From positions 1 through 18,561 of the forward strand of contig JBAXKK010000051.1 in assembly GCA_037137395.1 (NCBI GenBank): a DNA stretch of 18,561 nucleotides. The letters run 5' to 3'. This DNA is from Elusimicrobiota bacterium. GTDB lineage: Bacteria; Elusimicrobiota; Elusimicrobia; Elusimicrobiales; UBA9959. The translations under genes were made by a program, and so were the position numbers. The notes beneath the pieces were generated by a model that did no database searches, was not told where the DNA came from, and saw nothing but the letters and a program-made list of their open reading frames with translations. Positions 9,801 through 17,432 of the stretch are shown here, piece by piece (the stretch's first letter is position 1; each line of letters starts with the position of its first letter).

Positions 9801-10149
9801 AGCGGCCAATCAAGAAGGTAGTGACGCGCGCCTGCAAGCGGCAAAAGAGCTACAAGACAAGCTCCGCCAAATAATAGATGGTGAAAGCCCTTATGACATT
9901 TTTGTTCGGTGGAAACCCCTTGCGCAGCAGCCTAACGGTTGGGATCCGGACTTAAATGATGGTGTTCGTATGAATATTCGACCTTTTGTAGCCGCCGCGG
10001 TTCTACGCAAAGATCCTAAAATAAATTGGAGACTGGACCGCGGCACTGATGCCAAAACTGCCCCGTGGGTCCATAAATTCAATGGCGAGCGCATAAATGA
10101 CTATCATTTAACCCTCGCTGAAAAGAAAAAAGCCGCTGTCCCTAAATAG
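6889..10149 (+). CDS. pglX: BREX adenine DNA methyltransferase PglX
   Basis: 1086 aa with TQLFTEDYMV, SAM-binding motif I (LDPCMGSGHF), catalytic motif IV (TNVPY) and C-terminal RPFIWHVWDG / PDLNDGVRMNI. Lies between brxC and pglZ. Confidence 0.92.
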   Translation: MFLSKEQRNQLSRIVLEARDVAEQAATKALCSIGVHEPDAYGHLSEEQRILRRALRAQARQLGDTEDVSKRGRYHIKKLSEKCAYDHWHRMLFARILAENNLLIHPDNGANVTMEECRELADEGLGKNAWDVAQRFAAQILPQVFRPEDPAGKIAFAPEDQKNLEDLVQSLPADTFKADDTLGWMYQFWQAKKKDQVNDTGTKIGADELPAVTQLFTEDYMVLFLLHNSLGAWWLGKFDLEKKPRPSKEEIQKRFPYLRLKEDGVPAAGCFEGWPRHAKEIKFLDPCMGSGHFLVAALPILVRFRMEEEGFSEADACSAVLGENIFGLELDPRCTQIGAFAVAVKAWKLGGYRTLPQLNIACSGLGLNAAKESWLKLAEGENKYRFGMGQLYDLFQKAPILGSLIDPKNIELGFAVFQELQPILDKALKREEARHDENATEMAVVAKGIAQAAAILAGKYTLVATNVPYLGRSNQNEELRDFSTKYYPDSKADLATCFIDRALEFCGDNSSIALVTPQNWLFLGAYAKLRVRLLNSESWNFLAKLGAHAFETIGGEVVNVSLFSVTKNNPNDTHDFFCLDVSDCKTVEEKKKTLLEKNLFIDRQAQQLGNPDARIVCERIKTDELLSMHANSLWGLRTADNLQFLRKFWELPVIHSDWIFFQGSVDLSRHYGGREDVLLWENGVGRLNHYSEIGLASLQGQGVWGKRGIAVSLMGKLPATIYTGEAFANSVAVVWPKTPDELLAFWAFCSSDEYSKLVRQIDSKMLVTNQTLLKVGFNAGYWKKIASEKYPNGLPKPHSSDPTQWLFNGHPKDSYSPLHVAVARLLGYKWPRQTGSEFLDCIKLNSDSLEQYADDDGIVCISAIKGEPPAEERLRALLAAAYGKDWGPEKQAELLAQVDYAESTLEDWLRNGFFAQHCKLFIQRPFIWHVWDGRKDGFSALVHYHRLDKPTLEKLAFTYLGDWISRQKAAVAANQEGSDARLQAAKELQDKLRQIIDGESPYDIFVRWKPLAQQPNGWDPDLNDGVRMNIRPFVAAAVLRKDPKINWRLDRGTDAKTAPWVHKFNGERINDYHLTLAEKKKAAVPK

Positions 10150-10160
10150 CACCGGATGAT

Positions 10161-12506
10161 ATGGCAAAAAAGAACACAACTATCCTTGATAAACTTTCCG
10201 AAAGCCTGAAAGACATAGCTATTGCTACGCCGGGGGACCAGGAAAAGCCCTGCGCTGTTTTGTGGACTGATCCGGACAAACAATGGGAATCCTCTTTGGA
10301 TTGCCTAAAAAAAAGCATCCCCGAACTTTTTGTTCTAGGAAAAGACTACTCGCCTGAAAATAAAACCGGCCCTGCAATATGGCTTAGATGTATCGAAGGC
10401 CGCACTATCGATCCTAAACTAGAGAAAAACAAAACTCCGATTTTCTACTTGCCGGGGTATAGCAAGTTTGATTTACAGGATTTAAAGAACTGCCCAGCTG
10501 AACTTCAACCCATAGCGGAAATGCAATTCCGCGGCGCAATATGGCTGCACCCTAACGGCAAAGACTGGACCCCGATGGGCTTTCTTGTTTCGGACCATGG
10601 CGGTTTGGGCCTGGACGTTGCAAAAGACGAGGCTACAGCTATTGCCTTAAAAAACGCACTTGCTGAAGTTTTAAGTGAACCGGTTTCAGATTTACATGGG
10701 AAACGGCTTGATGCAGATTACTTCAATGGCTTGCTTGCCCCTGACCTTATAAAACAAATCCTGGCCTGGCTGGATTCGCCGCAAAAAACGAAGGCGGCAA
10801 AAGATGCCCGTGCATGGCAGGCATTCTGTGAGCAGTGCAAAAAAGAATATGGCTTTCATCCGGATAAGGACGGGGAACTCCACGCGGCCGAGCTGCTTGG
10901 TAAGCGTGAAGATGGTTGGGTAGAGGTCTGGAAAAGATTTTGCGATGCCCCTGCAAAATATCCTGGGATAGAAGACCTTTTAGATAAAGCATCCCCGGCG
11001 AAGAAGGGGATTATGCTTGAACTCCCCGAGGGCTCCTGGCCGAGCGCGAATAAAACCGATGAGAAGCACTTACAAGATGGGTTGAAAGCTCTTAAGAATT
11101 TGCCTCATGATAAAGCGGCAGAAGAGATATTAGCTTTAGAGAAAACGAATGCTAAGAGGCGCGATTGGGTTTGGGCTCACTTGGGGAAGGCGCCTCTTGC
11201 CCAGGCGTTAAGAAGCCTCTGCATACTAGCTGAAGCCGCCAGAAAACCGCTCTCTGCACCCTCGGCGGCTGAAATAGCTGAACTTTATACTGAGTCGGGC
11301 TGGGAAGTGGATTCCGCAGCCATTACAGCTCTTTCTGCCGTTTCTGCACCGGAAGACGTGAAAGCGGTATGTATTGCTGTGCGCTCTGTTTATTTAAACT
11401 GGCTTGAGGAGTCTGCCCGCAATCTACAGCGCTTTGCGAACAGTGCCCCTGCAAGTGTAACGCCCGAAGATACGCCGATAGAATGTAAAGATGGGCGCGT
11501 GATCTTGTTTGCCGACGGCCTCCGCATGGACGTGGCTCGGCGTTTAGAGAAAAGGTTGAAAGAGGAAGGCTTAACCATCCAGTTTGATTGGGACTGGTCG
11601 CCTTTCCCAAGCATTACCGCTACTGCTAAATATTTTGTTTCTCCTGTAAAAGACAAAGTTAAAGCGGCTGCAACCTCCGAAGATTTCGGGCTGTTGGCGG
11701 CGGATAGCAATAAGCCGGTAACCAAAGACAGGTTTGTCGGGCTCATGAATGATGCCGGAGTCGGCCCAATTTATAACGCCGGGAATTCTATCTCCGAGAA
11801 GACAGGCTGGTTTGAAACTGGCACTATTGATGAACATGGCCATAACGACGGCTGGAAACTGAGCAAGTCCATTGAAGAAGAGGTTTCCGCAATAGTCGCA
11901 CACATCAAAACCCTGCTGTCAAAAGGCTGGAAAGAAGTTTTAATTGTTACCGACCATGGCTGGCTTATGATGCCTGGCGGCTTGCCTAAGATTTCCCTGC
12001 CGGCTTTCCTTACGGAAAACCGCTGGGGCCGCTGCGCTGCCATTAAGGACGGGGCGAATGTGGAAATGCCTACCCTGCCGTGGCATTGGGACAACCGGGT
12101 AAGGGTTGCCTACCCTCCGGGCGTAGGTTGTTTTAAAGCCGGGCTAGAGTATGCCCACGGCGGCGTATCGCCCCAGGAAATGGTTGTGCCGCGGATTTTA
12201 ATTACGGCCGGGGCCGGAACCGCAGCAGAATCACGGATTGCTTCATTGAAATGGGTTGGCTTACGCGGGAAAATGACTGTTGAAGGTATGTCCGCTGGAC
12301 TAACTTTAGACATACGCCAACGCCCTGCCGATCCATCAACCAGTTTGATAGAGGGGGGAACTGCAAAACCCATCGGGGCGGACGGCACCGTTTCCATTTT
12401 TATCAGCGACGATAGAAATAACGGGATTGCGGCTATTGCTGTGCTTATTTCATCCAACGGCGCCGTTATTCATTCATTGCCGACAGTAATAGGAGAAACC
12501 AAATGA
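10161..12506 (+). CDS. pglZ: BREX PglZ (alkaline-phosphatase-superfamily phosphodiesterase), 'type B'-like
   Basis: 781 aa with an N-terminal GPAIWLRC and metal-binding motifs ADGLRMD, PSITATA, IDEHGH, VTDHG and HGGVSPQE. Confidence 0.93.
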   Translation: MAKKNTTILDKLSESLKDIAIATPGDQEKPCAVLWTDPDKQWESSLDCLKKSIPELFVLGKDYSPENKTGPAIWLRCIEGRTIDPKLEKNKTPIFYLPGYSKFDLQDLKNCPAELQPIAEMQFRGAIWLHPNGKDWTPMGFLVSDHGGLGLDVAKDEATAIALKNALAEVLSEPVSDLHGKRLDADYFNGLLAPDLIKQILAWLDSPQKTKAAKDARAWQAFCEQCKKEYGFHPDKDGELHAAELLGKREDGWVEVWKRFCDAPAKYPGIEDLLDKASPAKKGIMLELPEGSWPSANKTDEKHLQDGLKALKNLPHDKAAEEILALEKTNAKRRDWVWAHLGKAPLAQALRSLCILAEAARKPLSAPSAAEIAELYTESGWEVDSAAITALSAVSAPEDVKAVCIAVRSVYLNWLEESARNLQRFANSAPASVTPEDTPIECKDGRVILFADGLRMDVARRLEKRLKEEGLTIQFDWDWSPFPSITATAKYFVSPVKDKVKAAATSEDFGLLAADSNKPVTKDRFVGLMNDAGVGPIYNAGNSISEKTGWFETGTIDEHGHNDGWKLSKSIEEEVSAIVAHIKTLLSKGWKEVLIVTDHGWLMMPGGLPKISLPAFLTENRWGRCAAIKDGANVEMPTLPWHWDNRVRVAYPPGVGCFKAGLEYAHGGVSPQEMVVPRILITAGAGTAAESRIASLKWVGLRGKMTVEGMSAGLTLDIRQRPADPSTSLIEGGTAKPIGADGTVSIFISDDRNNGIAAIAVLISSNGAVIHSLPTVIGETK

Positions 12507-14554
12507 GTTTCCAGCTAGACGACCTTGATAATATTTCCGCCAAAGCCTTTGAAGGCGTGGTTGTACGCAAAGACCTGATACGGAAATTTAAGGGCCAATA
12601 TCCTGTGCCCACCTATGTGGCTGAATTTTTACTTGGCCGCTACTGCGCGTCCACCGACGACGCGGAAATACAGGAAGGCTTAAAGATAGTTGAAAGGCAG
12701 CTTGGTGAGAAAACAGCGCGAGCCGGAGAGCAGGAACTATTTAAAGCTAGGGCAAAGGAAAAGGGTTCCGTGCGGCTAATAGACATTATTACCGCCAGGC
12801 TGGATACCGAAACTGATTCTTTTGTGGCCCAGCTCCCCAGCCTTCAGCTAAAGGAAGTCCGCATTGCCGCCGCGCTCGTCCACGCTAATGAGCGCATGCT
12901 TACCGGCGGTTTTTACGCCGAAGTAGAGCTTTCGTATGACCCGGAAATAGCCCATGAGCAGGATGGCCGTGCCTTCGGCATCACTGATCTGCGCGAGATA
13001 CAGATCTCCAAGCGCGACGTACTTACTGGCTTATTCCGTGGCCGTGAGATGTTCAGCCTGGACGAATGGAAGAAATTTTTAATACGCAGCACCGGCATGG
13101 AGCCGACTAAACTTTCAGAAAGGGCAATAGATGCAATGCTGCTTAGGATGGTTCCGTTTGTAGAGCCCAACTACAACATGGTTGAGCTGGGCCCCCGCGG
13201 CACCGGGAAGAGCCACTTATACCAGCAGGTTTCGCCTTATTCACACCTTGTGTCCGGAGGTAAAGCGACTGTCGCCCGCATGTTTGTAAACAACTCAAAC
13301 GGCCAGCGCGGCCTTGTTTGCCAGTACGATGTTGTCTGCTTTGACGAAATTGCCGGTGTTTCCTTCGACCAGAAAGATGGCGTAAACATCATGAAGGGCT
13401 ACATGGAGTCCGGCGAATTCAGCCGCGGTAAAGAAAGTATACGCGGTTTCGGCAGTATAGTCATGGTGGGTAATTTTGAAGTGGATGTTCAACACCAGCA
13501 GCGCATCGGGCACTTGTTCGGGCCAATGCCGGACGATATGCGCGATGATACAGCTTTCATGGACCGCATACATTCGTATATGCCGGGCTGGGATATTCCT
13601 AAAGTAAGCCGGGATATCTTAACTGATCATTTCGGATTGGTAAGCGATTTCCTTTCAGAATGCTGGAACCAACTCAGGAAGCAGCCGCGCTACGCCGCTT
13701 TGCAGGGCCGTGTTCACTTCGGGCCAGCCTTAAGCGGCAGAGACACAACCGCAGTGCAAAAGACTGTCAGTGGCCTTTTAAAGCTTATTTATCCTAATCC
13801 GGAAACCCCTATCCCCGACGAGGCGCTAGAATGGGCGGTAAGGCTGGCGCTTGAATGCCGCAGGCGTGTAAAAGAACAGCAGAAGCGGATTGGTTCCGCT
13901 GAATTTAGGAATACACATTTCAGCTACCAGCTAGGCGCTGAAGGTGTAGAAAAGTTTGTCTCCACCCCGGAGTTATGCAGTGAGGACAGCATAGGCACCG
14001 ACCCGCTGCCTCCCGGCCAGGTTTGGGCCATATCGCCCGGCGGCCAGGATGAGAACGGCGGTTTATATCGTATAGACGTTAACGAGGGCCCCGGTTCCGG
14101 TGTAAAAGTATTAAACCAGCCCACCCCGCCGCCATTCCGTGAAAGTGTGCGCTGTGCGGAGCAGAATCTCTATTCCAGGGCCAAATTGTTGGTTGGCGAC
14201 AGGGACCCGCGGGCACATGAGTTCTCAATACAGCTTAGGGCCTTTGACGCATCAAAAAGCGGCGCAGGCGTAGGCATGGGCGTTTTAATGGCCCTTTCCT
14301 CAGGTCTCTTGCAGAAAAGCCTCCGCGGCGGGATGATAATAGTTGGCAGTTTGAACCTGGGCGGTTCTATTGACCCGGTATACAATGCCGTCAATCTCAT
14401 AGAAATTGCCATAGAGAAAGGTGCAACAAGCGTCCTTATGCCTGTAAGCGCAAGAAAGCAGCTCAATGACTTGCCTGACGACCTGGCAACAAAAGTGACA
14501 GTGCTTTATTATTCCGACGCTAAGGATGCACTCTTAAAGGCATTAGGGGAATAG
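12503..14554 (+). CDS. brxL: BREX AAA+/Lon-like protein BrxL
   Basis: 683 aa with VPTYVAEFLLGRYC, Walker A (ELGPRGTGKSH), Walker B (VVCFDE), MKGYMESGEFSRG and DRIH motifs, plus a Lon-like C-terminal domain. ATGA-coupled to pglZ. Confidence 0.95.
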   Translation: MSFQLDDLDNISAKAFEGVVVRKDLIRKFKGQYPVPTYVAEFLLGRYCASTDDAEIQEGLKIVERQLGEKTARAGEQELFKARAKEKGSVRLIDIITARLDTETDSFVAQLPSLQLKEVRIAAALVHANERMLTGGFYAEVELSYDPEIAHEQDGRAFGITDLREIQISKRDVLTGLFRGREMFSLDEWKKFLIRSTGMEPTKLSERAIDAMLLRMVPFVEPNYNMVELGPRGTGKSHLYQQVSPYSHLVSGGKATVARMFVNNSNGQRGLVCQYDVVCFDEIAGVSFDQKDGVNIMKGYMESGEFSRGKESIRGFGSIVMVGNFEVDVQHQQRIGHLFGPMPDDMRDDTAFMDRIHSYMPGWDIPKVSRDILTDHFGLVSDFLSECWNQLRKQPRYAALQGRVHFGPALSGRDTTAVQKTVSGLLKLIYPNPETPIPDEALEWAVRLALECRRRVKEQQKRIGSAEFRNTHFSYQLGAEGVEKFVSTPELCSEDSIGTDPLPPGQVWAISPGGQDENGGLYRIDVNEGPGSGVKVLNQPTPPPFRESVRCAEQNLYSRAKLLVGDRDPRAHEFSIQLRAFDASKSGAGVGMGVLMALSSGLLQKSLRGGMIIVGSLNLGGSIDPVYNAVNLIEIAIEKGATSVLMPVSARKQLNDLPDDLATKVTVLYYSDAKDALLKALGE

Positions 14555-14556
14555 CC

Positions 14557-15498
14557 ATGCCTGCAATGACAAAAGACGAGTTTGATGCGTACCTGAAAAG
14601 CGGGAAAACCACACCTGTTTGGACCAAAACAGGAAGTTGGAGTCAGTTCAAGGTACATGCGAAAAAAATAGAGGAGGCTACTGCGTATCTTCAGGAATGT
14701 CAGGGCACAAGTCCATCGGGTCAGCGCAAATGGACGCCGCTTTACCGTGGGCACAGAAATTCCTCATGGAAGGTTCAAAGCACATTTGACCGGACCGATA
14801 ATAAGTTAACGCTGTCAGAGTATCACGATTTGGTCCTGAAAGCCCAGCAGGAATATAAGCAGCTACTTAGAGCTGCAACCTTAGACGCCAAAGAAATAGA
14901 CAATTATCCCTACGACAATTCCAGTGCGCTTAAAATTTCAAAAATACTTGCAGACTCCAATGAAATCAACATTCTCCCAGAAGAGCTTAGATTTTGGGTG
15001 TTTCTGCGTCATTATGGTTTCCCGTCTCCACTCTTAGATTGGACCAAAGACTATCAAGTTGCAGCCTTTTTCGCGTTTCAGAACAAATCCGACGAAGAAT
15101 TTATTTCGATTCATACGATGATCCCGGCACTATGTGGCTCTACGGGTGCCAACCTAATCACTATCAACGACTCCTCAATGCAGACTGATGCAGCAGCGAG
15201 CTTAAAGCCGCTTATCAGACGCCATGCCGAACAGAAATCTGTCTATACCCTGTTTTACAAAGAACGCTCAGATGGCCGCGGCAGCAAGCCACAAAGTTTT
15301 GAAAAACACGAGGATATGTTTAAAGAAAATTCCGCCCATGGTGGTTCGTGGGGCCTATACTTCAAATTCAACATACTGGCCTCAGAAAGGGAACGTGTAC
15401 TAAAAGAACTCGACCAGATAGGCATCAATTCGGCAAAGATTTTAGCCAATACCGATGCCCGGCTAGAAACAATCCAAAATCGATTATTCTTATTCTGA
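14557..15498 (+). CDS. FRG-domain protein
   Basis: LYRGH...STFDR and LRHYGFPSPLLDWTKDYQVAAFFAF match the FRG signature (FRG...QHYGxPTxLLDWT...ALFFA). Starts 2 nt after the brxL stop. Confidence 0.88.
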   Translation: MPAMTKDEFDAYLKSGKTTPVWTKTGSWSQFKVHAKKIEEATAYLQECQGTSPSGQRKWTPLYRGHRNSSWKVQSTFDRTDNKLTLSEYHDLVLKAQQEYKQLLRAATLDAKEIDNYPYDNSSALKISKILADSNEINILPEELRFWVFLRHYGFPSPLLDWTKDYQVAAFFAFQNKSDEEFISIHTMIPALCGSTGANLITINDSSMQTDAAASLKPLIRRHAEQKSVYTLFYKERSDGRGSKPQSFEKHEDMFKENSAHGGSWGLYFKFNILASERERVLKELDQIGINSAKILANTDARLETIQNRLFLF

Positions 15499-15522
15499 TG
15501 TATTTAAGGGGAATCAAACTGT

Positions 15523-16029
15523 ATGGCACTATTTAAAATAGATGGGGCGACCGTCAAAAAGATTATCTCAAAGGATTTAGACCTAGAAAAGAGTCTTCAG
15601 AAGCTTTTCGAACAGAACTTGGACGAGATTTTAAACATAGTATTTATTGCGCACGAACATCCCACCAGTTTCGGTGGGAGAATAGATACCCTCGGCATAG
15701 ACCGGAACGGTTCCCCGTGTATTATTGAATACAAGAAAAGCCAGAACGACAACGTCATCAACCAGGGCCTTTCTTATCTTAAATGGCTGTTAGATCATAA
15801 AGATGCTTTTGGAGTTTTATGCCAAGTCCGGAAAGTTAATATTGAAATAGATTGGGATTCGCCACGTGTCATCTGCATTGCCGAAAGTTACAGCAAGTTT
15901 GACCTCGACACTGCCGACATACTGCCAATAAATATTGAATTATTACGGTACAGGCTTTACGATGACAATATTCTTTTTCTTGACCCTGAAAACTATCAGA
16001 AAGTAAATGTCCTGTCCAGTTCAATCTGA
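15523..16029 (+). pseudogene. NucS/EndoMS-like PD-(D/E)xK endonuclease-domain gene, 3'-truncated by IS insertion at 16008
   Basis: Motif residues E22, RID55, IIE69YK71 and Q81xxxY85. RBS AAGGGG upstream. The first 161 codons are native, and the last residues and TGA come from the IS end. It resembles the N-terminal half of roughly 300-aa DUF91/DUF5655-type proteins. Confidence 0.75.
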
Positions 16030-17064
16030 GATATTTTCTTGCTTAGATCTGTTGACAATTCTAGCATCTTCCGGTACTTCTTCCCACTCCTCCAATAACG
16101 TCCACTTCAATAACAGCTGTCTTACCGCTTTCCGGTGGATACGGCGGTTTTCTGCCCAGCCGTTCCAGCCCAACTGACATTTTATGTCCTCTAGGTTTAG
16201 TGCTAGCCACTCCCGGTCCATTTCTTCAGTCGCACCGTCGCCATTTAAATAAACCTCGGCTGATTTACGATAACCGAGGACCGCACGCGGTTTTACATAG
16301 TTCAATATCAGCATCCCTTCGTCTACTTCCCGCCGCAACTCCTCCCGGCTTATCTCCCGGCCCTCCAGCGTCAGTAACCAGTTCTCGATCTCCTGGTTAT
16401 CACGCTCGGTCCGCCCGTTTACCCAGGGCGCATGGGGCGGGATCGGGTACGGGATTATCTTGTGCTTTGCCAGAAAGTCCTGGAACATCTGGCTCTTAAA
16501 CGCGCCGCCATTGTCAAACTTCCAGACCAACGGCGCCCGTCCCATGGATCCCACTATTCCTTCCGCGTGCTTTACCAACTCTTCGGCACTCTCCGAATCC
16601 ACTATATCCCACCCCAGTTTATATATCGACATCTCGTCGAGCGTTTTAAGAAGCTTTCCGCCGGGGATCGCAAGAAAATCCGAGGACCACATTACATCCC
16701 GGTAATTGATATGCGTCCGGCCATTATGCGGGCGTTCGGTCTTCTTCGGCCTCGGCCCGCGCGCCTCACGGACTATCTTCGCCACACTATTATGGCCGAT
16801 GCCGATCACATGCGCGATAGAACGCACATCCCAGGTCGACCGGTATCGCCGGTCCAGCTCTATAACGCGCTGTTTTACTGCCTCGGATATTTTCATCACT
16901 TTCTTCCTGCCCTCGCTACACTTCCCGCTTACCCACCGCCAATGAGTGCCGGTACTTATTCCCCAGCATTCAGCAAAAACCCCGGCACGGGTCCCAGCGG
17001 CTTTCTCTTTTAGCCATTCGGTAAAGTATAGCCCGCGGGTTTCCTTGGACGCATATCTTTTTTT
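16021..17064 (-). CDS. Second DDE transposase/integrase domain (OrfB-like), probably fused to 17010..17432 by a -1 frameshift
   Basis: WSSDF...KFDNGGAF...NGRTERDN gives DD(35)E. The frame is open 55 codons upstream of the ORF-track start (16899) up to a TAA at 17065-17067, and that extension encodes HTH-like AGVFAECWGISTGTHWRWV. Confidence 0.8.
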   Translation of the reverse strand, partial: KKRYASKETRGLYFTEWLKEKAAGTRAGVFAECWGISTGTHWRWVSGKCSEGRKKVMKISEAVKQRVIELDRRYRSTWDVRSIAHVIGIGHNSVAKIVREARGPRPKKTERPHNGRTHINYRDVMWSSDFLAIPGGKLLKTLDEMSIYKLGWDIVDSESAEELVKHAEGIVGSMGRAPLVWKFDNGGAFKSQMFQDFLAKHKIIPYPIPPHAPWVNGRTERDNQEIENWLLTLEGREISREELRREVDEGMLILNYVKPRAVLGYRKSAEVYLNGDGATEEMDREWLALNLEDIKCQLGWNGWAENRRIHRKAVRQLLLKWTLLEEWEEVPEDARIVNRSKQENISD

Positions 17065-17432
17065 TTAACGTCTGCTTTGGGGAACGGCCCCCAGGCATTA
17101 CGCCGGATTATGCGCTGCGCAGTTTTCACCACCAGCTTCAGGTAATTGCGCTCCTTGCGTAACTTCGCCAGCTCCGTTCCCTGCCGATTCACTTGCGCCT
17201 CGAGCTTCTGTAACTGCTTCTCCGGGAACGGTGACAGGGTTTTCGGCCCTGGAAGCTTGGCTTCCAACACACGCAGCGCCGCCGCCTGCACCAGCTTCAT
17301 CCACCGGTAAAACAGCTCCCGCGATACTCCCGCCTGTTTGCACAGGTGTTCCACCGTCTGCTGGCGCCCTATCCCCAACAGGATCAGCTCCAGCCGCTCC
17401 TGCGGACTCGATAATTTTGTCTGCTTCCCCAT
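17010..17432 (-). CDS. OrfA-like HTH/coiled-coil transposase subunit
   Basis: TVEHLCKQAGVSRELFYRW HTH followed by a heptad-rich LQKLEAQVNRQGTELAKLRKERNYLK segment. Strong RBS GGAGGAG at 17440-17446. Confidence 0.85.
   Translation of the reverse strand: MGKQTKLSSPQERLELILLGIGRQQTVEHLCKQAGVSRELFYRWMKLVQAAALRVLEAKLPGPKTLSPFPEKQLQKLEAQVNRQGTELAKLRKERNYLKLVVKTAQRIIRRNAWGPFPKADVKKKDMRPRKPAGYTLPNG
17058..17066 (-). other. A9 slippery run, predicted -1 frameshift (or transcriptional slippage) site
   Basis: GTT AAA AAA AAA GAT in the 0 frame. The -1 frame reads TAA AAA AAA AGA TAT and stays open to 16021. Confidence 0.75.

Noticed and set aside
10307..10314. A8 tract in pglZ as a phase-variation switch
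   Set aside because: Short, in frame and explained by Lys codons. There is no evidence of length variation.
16052..16080. Perfect TTGACA near the IS481-like end as an antisense promoter
   Set aside because: The hexamer at 17-nt spacing (TACTTC) is a poor -10, so it is not supportable.
16946..16988. GTGCCGG...CCGGCAC inverted repeat as a frameshift stimulator
   Set aside because: About 70 nt from the slippery run, too far for a classical stimulator, and plausible by chance in GC-rich DNA.
16432..17013. 193-aa + strand ORF, and other + strand ORFs in 16200-18388
   Set aside because: Antisense shadows of GC-rich transposase genes, with no recognisable motifs.
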